Shown here: positions 1 through 6,799 of the stretch, piece by piece
Layout: each line of letters begins with the position of its first letter
Position numbering within the stretch: position 1 is the stretch's first letter
From: Promethearchaeota archaeon
Lineage (GTDB): Archaea > Asgardarchaeota > Lokiarchaeia > Sigyniarchaeales > SOKP01
Assembly (NCBI GenBank): GCA_048941015.1
Contig: JBHLNZ010000092.1
Location: 1-11,252, forward strand
Direction: 5' to 3'
DNA length: 11,252 nucleotides
Position numbers and translations under genes: made by a program
Notes under the pieces: generated by a model
The model's input: only the letters and a program-made list of their open reading frames with translations
Databases searched by the model: none
Told to the model about the DNA's origin: nothing

Positions 1-2328
1 TTATTAAAAGATGAAAAAATCAAAATGACGAAGATATATGGTGTCACTCCTTCAGATATTGGAGGATCTGGAAAAAACATAAAAAATATTTTAGGTTCTA
101 ATGGGATTAAAGCTTGGGAAGCAGATATAAGGTACCATTTAAATTATATTTTTGATACCCAATTAATTCCAGGTTTGATTTATCGTATTAATGAAGGTAA
201 AATTGAGAAAATAAGTTATGAAGAGAAATCTGAAGCATCAAAAGGTTTAGCAAACGAATTGCGTAATGTGTTCAAAGATGAAAGTTCAGAAATTCAAGAA
301 TTTTCCGAGAAGTTTTTGGATATTTTTCTCACACCTATTCCTGATGTAAAAAGATTAGCTATGGATATTGAAGTGAATTTAGGACCTGAGGACATTATAA
401 TTCCAGATCCACAACTGGCAAAACAAGAGATTATAAGTGTTTCTTTTGTCGCGACAGATAGATTAAAATTAGTTTATGTGTTAGAAAGAGAAGGATTTTC
501 ATATCGTGGATTACATAAAAAATTTCCTTCTGATGCTAAAATTTGTTTTTTTAAAAGTGAAAAAGAATTGTTAACCGAAACCTTTAGAATTTTATGGGAA
601 TATCCGGTTATTCTTACTTTTAATGGAGATAATTTTGACTTGAATTATATGTTCCATCGAGCAAATAAGTTAAAAATTGACAGAGATCTAAATCCTATCC
701 ATATAAAAAGAGGTTTTGGAGTTTTATCGAAAGCAGATTGCGATCTTCGGAAAGGTATTCATATTGATTTATTTAATTTTTTCTTTAATAGAAGTATTTC
801 TGGATATGCATTTGGAGGAGCTTATGAAAGCGCATCCTTAAATGCTATTAGCGGTGCGTTATTAGGAAGAAAAAAATATGAACATGAAGAAGATATCCAT
901 GAAATGGAATATGATATTCTCTCTTGGTATAATTTGAAGGATTCAATTTTGACTTTAGAATTGACTAAGTTCAATAATTCGTTAGTTTGGAATTTAATTA
1001 TATTACTATGTCGTATTACAAAAATGCCTATTCATGAAATGGTTCGACGGCAAATCTCCACATGGATTCAAAATATTTTTTATTTTGAACACCGAAGGAA
1101 AAATTACTTAATTCCGAGAAGATCTGAAATTTCTGAAGTAAAAAAAGGTGGGCACATGATGTCAAAATTTGATGAAGAAAAATTCATGGGAGCTTATGTT
1201 GTTCCACCTGTTCCAGGAATTCATTTTAATGTAGTAGTTATGGACTTTGCGAGCCTATATCCTTCAATAATTAAAGAATATAATCTATCCTATGAAACAG
1301 TTCAGTGTCCTCATAAAGATGACGAAGATAATCTAGTTAAAGGTACTCCTTATCATATCTGTACACACAAAATGGGAATTTTTGCTTATGTTGTTGGCTT
1401 TTTTAGAGATATACGAGTTAAATATTTTAAACCAAAATCGACTGATAAAGAATTAACAGAGAAGCAACGCAGCTATTATTATACAATTCAACAAGCTTTA
1501 AAAGTATTCATTAATGGTTCTTATGGTGTTTTTGGAAGTCAAAATTTTCCACTATTTTGCCTACCCGTAGCTGAAAGTACTACAGGAATTGGCCAATATT
1601 CAATTAAACAAACGATTAATAAAGCGGAAGAATTGGGTGTAAAAGTGTTGTATGGAGATACAGACTCTGTTTTTCTTTTAAGCCCATCAAAACAACAGAT
1701 GAAAAAGATTTCTGATTGGTCTAAAAAAGAATTAGATTTAGATTTGGAAGAAGAAAAGACTTATCAATTTCTTGCACTTTCAGAAAGAAAGAAAAATTAC
1801 GTTGGGATATATAAAGATACAAAATATATTGATATCAAAGGTCTAGTCGCGAAAAAGAAAAACACGCCTGAATTTATAAAAAAAATCTTTAATGAGTTAT
1901 TAGAAATCTTGAAAAATATTACCAATGATGAACAATTTAAGTCTGCTAAAAATCAGATTATTGAAATAGTTCGAGATAGTCTAAAGAAGATTGGAAAACT
2001 AGATGCTTTTCCTTTAGAAGATTATGCGATTAATGTCACTTTACAAAAGAATCTAAAAGATTATACAAAGGTAATACCTCAACATGTAAGAGCTGCTATT
2101 GAATTAAAAAAAATAAACGGAAAAGAATATCAAAAGGGTGAAACAATAAGCATAATTAAAAGTAAAGATAATGTTGGAACAAAAGCGCTTCAGTTAGCTA
2201 AACTTCAGGATATTGATCCAAAAAAATATAGAGATCTATTAAAATCTGCTTTGGAACAAGTTTTAGATGCTTTAGGTATTACTTTTGCTGAAATTAAAGG
2301 AATTAAAAAAATGGATGCTTTTTTCTAA
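1..2328 (+). CDS. polB: Family B DNA polymerase, archaeal PolB1-like (5'-truncated; the true start lies upstream of the window)
   Basis: ExoI DIE, ExoII TFNGDNFD, ExoIII YNLKD; polymerase motifs DFASLYPSII, QQALKVFINGSYGVFG and YGDTDS are all intact. The AWEADIRY...LIPG and FPLFCLPVAES segments resemble TACK/Asgard PolB1. The frame is open from base 1 (LLKDEKIK-MTKI), so the ATG at 25 is probably internal. The C-terminus KKMDAFF resembles a PIP box. Confidence 0.96.
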   Translation, partial: LLKDEKIKMTKIYGVTPSDIGGSGKNIKNILGSNGIKAWEADIRYHLNYIFDTQLIPGLIYRINEGKIEKISYEEKSEASKGLANELRNVFKDESSEIQEFSEKFLDIFLTPIPDVKRLAMDIEVNLGPEDIIIPDPQLAKQEIISVSFVATDRLKLVYVLEREGFSYRGLHKKFPSDAKICFFKSEKELLTETFRILWEYPVILTFNGDNFDLNYMFHRANKLKIDRDLNPIHIKRGFGVLSKADCDLRKGIHIDLFNFFFNRSISGYAFGGAYESASLNAISGALLGRKKYEHEEDIHEMEYDILSWYNLKDSILTLELTKFNNSLVWNLIILLCRITKMPIHEMVRRQISTWIQNIFYFEHRRKNYLIPRRSEISEVKKGGHMMSKFDEEKFMGAYVVPPVPGIHFNVVVMDFASLYPSIIKEYNLSYETVQCPHKDDEDNLVKGTPYHICTHKMGIFAYVVGFFRDIRVKYFKPKSTDKELTEKQRSYYYTIQQALKVFINGSYGVFGSQNFPLFCLPVAESTTGIGQYSIKQTINKAEELGVKVLYGDTDSVFLLSPSKQQMKKISDWSKKELDLDLEEEKTYQFLALSERKKNYVGIYKDTKYIDIKGLVAKKKNTPEFIKKIFNELLEILKNITNDEQFKSAKNQIIEIVRDSLKKIGKLDAFPLEDYAINVTLQKNLKDYTKVIPQHVRAAIELKKINGKEYQKGETISIIKSKDNVGTKALQLAKLQDIDPKKYRDLLKSALEQVLDALGITFAEIKGIKKMDAFF

Positions 2329-2361
2329 ATTCTTTTTCAAAAATTAAGATTTTTATTTTTT
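2329..2361 (+). terminator. Probable oligo-T archaeal terminator of polB
   Basis: Several T runs (tcttttt, gatttttatttttt) directly after the TAA stop; the AT-rich background lowers specificity. Confidence 0.4.
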
Positions 2362-2405
2362 AGTATCACAATACTATATTAAATCAACTTCTTGGTTAAA
2401 ATATA

Positions 2406-3431
2406 ATGAGCAAAAAGGTCAACGAGATTATTGAATCCTCTGATTTATTTGATGAGAATGGCAATCTTATTCAAGATGGGTGGGCTAGAAAACCATTAAT
2501 ACGTTATAATAGAGAAAAAGTAAGAGCAAAATGGTATCGACTTAAAGAATGGGATAATTATGTTGTTAACCATCCTGATTACAATTTTGGATTAACCATC
2601 GCCGATGTAGGTTATATGGGACTTATTTCTTTTGAACTAATAGATTATAAGAAAAAAGAAGTCAACAGTGGAGGATTAAATAAATTATTTACTAAAGGAA
2701 CTTGGAATTTACCTTTAAGTTCAGAGGAAGGTGATATCGAATATCATCATGATACATTTGATTTAAAAATTGAAAGACTCCCTAATAGAAGAATTATTAC
2801 ATTTGATTATCCAACGTTTGCAGAAAAAGGTTTAAAGGGGAAAATCACATTGTTTCAAGATCCTAAAAAAGATTCAATTGTGAAAGTTAATAGATATAAA
2901 AATAAAAAGCAATTTTATTATTCTGATAAAGTCGTATGGATGCCTGCGGAAGGATTTGTTTATTTAGGAGATGATCTTTATAAATTTACCCCTGACATTT
3001 GTTATGGTCGTTTAGATTGGGGAAGAGGGGTATGGCCATATAAAATCAATTGGTATTGGGGCGCAGCAGCAGGCAAAACACCAGATGGACATGAAATATG
3101 GTTTAGTCATGGTTATTCTTATGAGGACCCTACATTACACGATAAAAACATGGTAGGATATGATGGCAAAGGTCATAAGTTAGGACCTATAAAATTCCAT
3201 GTACCTGAAAATCCAGAGGATATTTGGCACTTTTCAAGTGAAGATGGACGATTTGAAATGGATTTGAAACCATTAATGTATCATCCTTCAAAAATGAATT
3301 ACGTTATTTTTAATTCGAAATCAAAATTAGTATTTGGTTTGTATACTGGAGATATTATACTTAATGATGGAACAAAAGTTCATATTGAAAATCTATTAGG
3401 CCATGCAGAGGCAATAAGATGGCGTTGGTAA
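2406..3431 (+). CDS. DUF2804 family protein (Trp-rich, predicted beta-rich; function unknown)
   Basis: Characteristic GxLxxxGWARKP, RLKEWDxY, LTIADVGY and LDWGRGVWPYxxxWYW motifs, and a C-terminal GHAEAIRWRW. Confidence 0.8.
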   Translation: MSKKVNEIIESSDLFDENGNLIQDGWARKPLIRYNREKVRAKWYRLKEWDNYVVNHPDYNFGLTIADVGYMGLISFELIDYKKKEVNSGGLNKLFTKGTWNLPLSSEEGDIEYHHDTFDLKIERLPNRRIITFDYPTFAEKGLKGKITLFQDPKKDSIVKVNRYKNKKQFYYSDKVVWMPAEGFVYLGDDLYKFTPDICYGRLDWGRGVWPYKINWYWGAAAGKTPDGHEIWFSHGYSYEDPTLHDKNMVGYDGKGHKLGPIKFHVPENPEDIWHFSSEDGRFEMDLKPLMYHPSKMNYVIFNSKSKLVFGLYTGDIILNDGTKVHIENLLGHAEAIRWRW

Positions 3432-3483
3432 ATCAAAAATTAGTTTAGATATTAATTTTATTGCTACTTTTTTTTGATTTTTT
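3430..3483 (+). terminator. Inverted repeat plus T runs after the DUF2804 gene; probable terminator
   Basis: aaatcaaaaa (3430-3439) is the exact reverse complement of tttttgattt (3471-3480); T8 run at 3468-3475. Confidence 0.45.
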
Positions 3484-3581
3484 AAAACCAGTAAAAATAA
3501 AAATTGAATATAGTAAGTAAAATATAAACAAAATTTTTAAATACAAATACCTCTAACTTATTTTAAAAGGACAATTATTCA

Positions 3582-4670
3582 ATGAGAAATTCTCATAATA
3601 ATCATCTTCGTCAATATAAACTGCTTCAAAAAGATATTCTTAAGCAATTTCCAAAAATAGAACTACATCGCCATCTTGAAGGCACCCTAGATCTTGATAT
3701 CCTTTACCAAATCGCCCAAAAAAATGGTATTTATGTGCCTGATAATCTTAAAGATTTTAAAGATTCTTATCATTTTCCTAAGGCGTCTAAACCAGATTTC
3801 TTAGCTTTTATTAACAAATTTCAAATTAATTGGTTCAAAACTCTTGAAGATATCTCTACAATTTCCTATGAATCAGTTAAAAATTTGAAAGAAGATGGGA
3901 TCTTTTTTATCGAACTCAGATTTGCTCCACATTACTTTGCTCGTCAAAATAATTTTGATCCAATTGATATTACTAAATTAATAATAAAAAGTGCTAACAG
4001 AGCTGCTCAAGAGATTGACATCCACATTAGATATATCATTACATTTAGCAGACGAACTCAAACTTCTGAAGAGATTTTAAAAATCTATAATGAAATCAAT
4101 TCTTTAAACTTTAAAGAAATTGTTGGAATAGATCTTGCAGGGGATGAGTTCAATTTTCCACAAAAGCTATTCATTCCGGCATTCGACGAAATTTATAAGC
4201 TCAATCAACATAAATTAACTATACATGCTGGAGAGGTAACCTCCTCTGAACAAGTTTGGAGTGCAATAAATGATCTGCATGCTTCAAGAATTGGTCATGG
4301 AACTTCTGTTATTCACGATAAAAAACTTCAGAAGCATCTAAAAAGGAAGAAAATCGCATTAGAGCAATGTATTACCTCTAATTCCTTAACAGGATCTTGG
4401 AAAGACACTGAAAAAGCTCATCCTATCGGAGAACTTTTTAGAAAAGGAGTTCCTGTTACAATAAATTCTGATGATCCGTCTATTCAGAATTCGGATTTAA
4501 CAGATGAATATCTAAAATTAATTCATTATTTTAATTTTTCGCTAGACAATTTAATTGCAATAAATAAAATAGCATTAAGTGCTAGTTTTTTACTTGAAAA
4601 GGAGAAATTTAGAAAAGAAAAACAATATGATCAATTGATTAATCAATTTCGAACTAAATATGAACTATAA
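3582..4670 (+). CDS. add: Adenosine deaminase family metallo-amidohydrolase
   Basis: PKIELHRHLEG (Zn-binding HxH), ELRFAP, GIDLAGDE, TIHAGE (catalytic Glu), RIGHG, CITSN and INSDDP motifs. AAGGA SD-like sequence at 3567-3571. Confidence 0.92.
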   Translation: MRNSHNNHLRQYKLLQKDILKQFPKIELHRHLEGTLDLDILYQIAQKNGIYVPDNLKDFKDSYHFPKASKPDFLAFINKFQINWFKTLEDISTISYESVKNLKEDGIFFIELRFAPHYFARQNNFDPIDITKLIIKSANRAAQEIDIHIRYIITFSRRTQTSEEILKIYNEINSLNFKEIVGIDLAGDEFNFPQKLFIPAFDEIYKLNQHKLTIHAGEVTSSEQVWSAINDLHASRIGHGTSVIHDKKLQKHLKRKKIALEQCITSNSLTGSWKDTEKAHPIGELFRKGVPVTINSDDPSIQNSDLTDEYLKLIHYFNFSLDNLIAINKIALSASFLLEKEKFRKEKQYDQLINQFRTKYEL

Positions 4671-4729
4671 TAATTAATATAGAAAAATATATTCCATTTA
4701 ATCTAAGACTAACATTCCCTATTATCTTC

Positions 4730-5812
4730 TTATATGATGAAATAATAAAAAAAACTCATTACCAGAGCACAAAATATCGGATTTAAGATGTTATCATCAA
4801 TTTTGGGACTTGATATGTCTATAATTAAATAAGTTAAAGCTCCGCTTAGTGATAGGATAAAAATTTTTATTAAAATCAATAAAGGTTCAAAGATTAAAAA
4901 AACAACAAAACTACAAATGAAAGATGATAAAAAGCCCGCAAAATAACCGATTAGGGTTTTCCTACTTTTCTTTGGAAACTTTTTTTTTCCAAAACGTAAA
5001 CCGAATATAGAAGCTGCCCCATCACCTAAAGTGGATATTAATGCAGCAGCAGAAAATATAGAAATTGGAAGAAAGAAGATAGGAACAAAAGACAATACTA
5101 AAGCTACTGGTTTGGTAAACTCATATATTTCATTTGGCTTTAAAGTTTTAGTTAATAAATTAGAGACAGTTTTTGGCATTAAGTGGTATATATTCTTGTT
5201 TTCAAAAATATATGATAAACGTACGAAATCCAATGCTGCAAAAATGATTATACCAGCATATCCAACTGTTAATATCAAAAATATCGCATATTCTTGTCCG
5301 TTGATACCCCAAAAAAGATCAGCATTCCACATATTATCCCAGACATGGATCGCAAAAAACCACAATCCAATAATAACAATGACGGGAATAAGATGAAAAG
5401 ATTTTCTGTGAATATCTGTATTTAAAGGATAATTTCTCTTATTGGATTTCTCATTATATAACTCCTGCATTTTTTGTTTAAAAACTTCGATGTTTCTTTG
5501 GTTTTTAATATCTTTATTATTCTTTATTATGAGATATTGATAAAGCAATATTGAAAAGATTAATAGAGGCGCATAAATACAGATAATCTGCATCGATAAA
5601 GCTTGAAACCATCGAATGTGCTCGGTATTTCTAAAATAAAAAAATGGATAAACTACTCCTGCAACGATCCATAGTATAAAAACTATAATTGAATTTAATA
5701 AATTATGATTTTCAGGAAATCTCTTTTTTAAGTTGATTGCATAATATAATTGCCCACTTCCATTACAAATGAATAAAATTGTGATTAGAAAGGTGAAGAG
5801 ATTGAAAACCAT
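4730..5812 (-). CDS. CTP-dependent polyprenol/diacylglycerol kinase family membrane protein (dolichol/phytol kinase-like)
   Basis: Many hydrophobic segments; HRKSFH, LGDGAASIFGLRFGKKK...KTLIG and IDDNIL motifs typical of the Dgk1/Sec59/VTE5 superfamily. Confidence 0.85.
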   Translation of the reverse strand: MVFNLFTFLITILFICNGSGQLYYAINLKKRFPENHNLLNSIIVFILWIVAGVVYPFFYFRNTEHIRWFQALSMQIICIYAPLLIFSILLYQYLIIKNNKDIKNQRNIEVFKQKMQELYNEKSNKRNYPLNTDIHRKSFHLIPVIVIIGLWFFAIHVWDNMWNADLFWGINGQEYAIFLILTVGYAGIIIFAALDFVRLSYIFENKNIYHLMPKTVSNLLTKTLKPNEIYEFTKPVALVLSFVPIFFLPISIFSAAALISTLGDGAASIFGLRFGKKKFPKKSRKTLIGYFAGFLSSFICSFVVFLIFEPLLILIKIFILSLSGALTYLIIDISSPKIDDNILNPIFCALVMSFFYYFII

Positions 5813-5835
5813 ATTATTCTAAATAAAAATTCTAT

Positions 5836-5853
5836 TTTAAAAATATCTTTTGA
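5836..5853 (-). promoter_or_regulatory. Candidate BRE/TATA promoter for a leaderless kinase transcript
   Basis: The - strand reads CAAAAGATATTTTTAAAA ending about 23 nt before the ATG at 5812; no SD is visible. Confidence 0.3.
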
Positions 5854-5905
5854 AAATTTTTGCTCAGTAAAAAAAGAGGATTCTTAAAATCTAATCAAAA
5901 TTAAG

Positions 5906-6415
5906 CTAACCCCCAGCGAGTGGTGGGAAAATTGCTATAACATCTCCTTCTTTTAAAATACAATTTTTATCATGACATGGAATTCCATTTATCATCACTA
6001 TTAATTTGCCTTCCTTTTTAGGGATATTATACCTTTCAATAATTTTGTTTACTCTGCTCCCCTCAGGTATGCTTGTTATCGATTTTTCTGGTCCATATTT
6101 TCTTAAATCTGCAAAAAGTTTGACCATAACCTCAATTGAATTCAAATGAGGAATTTCAGCAAACATGATTGCCATCCTCCTTGGAAATATAGCAATTCGA
6201 GCTCCATCCTTTACCTCTTTTCCGGGACCGCAGTACTGATAATTCACATAAATATGGCTAATTTCAGATTCTTTGATATTCAATTTTTCTAAAACGTCAT
6301 AAACGCTTCTTATTCCATTGATCTCTATATCAAATTTAGCAGGTTTACTATTTTGATCCGGTTGCTGAAACGCTTTCTTATTTAAATCCCCATACAAAAT
6401 AACTTTTATTGACAT
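5906..6415 (-). CDS. Tandem two-domain MoaD/ThiS (SAMP-like, beta-grasp) protein with a C-terminal diglycine
   Basis: Domain 1 (aa 1-78): IKVILYGDL...SVYDVLEKLNI...IYVN...VKDGARIAIFP. Domain 2 (aa ~94-169): VMVKLFADLR...MING...LKEGDVIAIFPPLAGG. Confidence 0.9.
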   Translation of the reverse strand: MSIKVILYGDLNKKAFQQPDQNSKPAKFDIEINGIRSVYDVLEKLNIKESEISHIYVNYQYCGPGKEVKDGARIAIFPRRMAIMFAEIPHLNSIEVMVKLFADLRKYGPEKSITSIPEGSRVNKIIERYNIPKKEGKLIVMINGIPCHDKNCILKEGDVIAIFPPLAGG

Positions 6416-6488
6416 TATTCATTAATCCTAATAAAAGTAGTAATTAAATTATTTCTCTTATGTTCTAAAAGAATAAACAAAATATAAT

Positions 6489-6507
6489 AAAAAAAGTAAC
6501 AAAAAAA
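6489..6507 (-). terminator. Oligo-T terminator ending the tes + 95-aa transcript
   Basis: Two T7 runs on the - strand a few nt after the stop of the 95-aa ORF (forward A runs at 6489-6495 and 6501-6507). Confidence 0.55.
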
Positions 6508-6511
6508 CGTT

Positions 6512-6799
6512 TTATAGCCCAAACAAAAGAATATTATCTATTACTTCATTAACTTTCTTTAGATTGTCTTCTCCTAGCGCTTTATCAATATTTACCTTAA
6601 GATTTAAAATTGCACCGAAAGTATTAAAAAAAGTATTTTGTAAAACGCTGTTGAATTGGCTTTTTTGTTGATTTTTTTGCCTGAATTCTTCAACTCGTCC
6701 TAGCATAGCTTTTTGATATTCATCAGCGGTAGAAGTCTTTAATTCAACTAATTTACGAACTTTTACCCCATCCTTAGTTTCTACAAACTCAGAAGCCAT
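6512..6799 (-). CDS. Hypothetical 95-aa protein, apparently translationally coupled to tes
   Basis: Its ATG directly follows the tes stop (TAAATG). An SD-like GGAGGGTGA lies inside the last tes codons. The ORF fills the gap exactly up to a T-rich terminator. Confidence 0.8.
   Translation of the reverse strand: MASEFVETKDGVKVRKLVELKTSTADEYQKAMLGRVEEFRQKNQQKSQFNSVLQNTFFNTFGAILNLKVNIDKALGEDNLKKVNEVIDNILLFGL

Noticed and set aside
25-27. ATG given as the polB start in the ORF track
   Set aside because: The frame is open to the window edge and the N-terminal domain is incomplete, so the real start is upstream.
2361-2376. tagtat-caca-atacta inverted repeat upstream of the DUF2804 gene
   Set aside because: Only 6 bp and AT-rich; easily due to chance.
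5031-5396. 121-aa + strand ORF
   Set aside because: Entirely antisense to the well-supported kinase gene and has no recognisable motifs; a shadow ORF.
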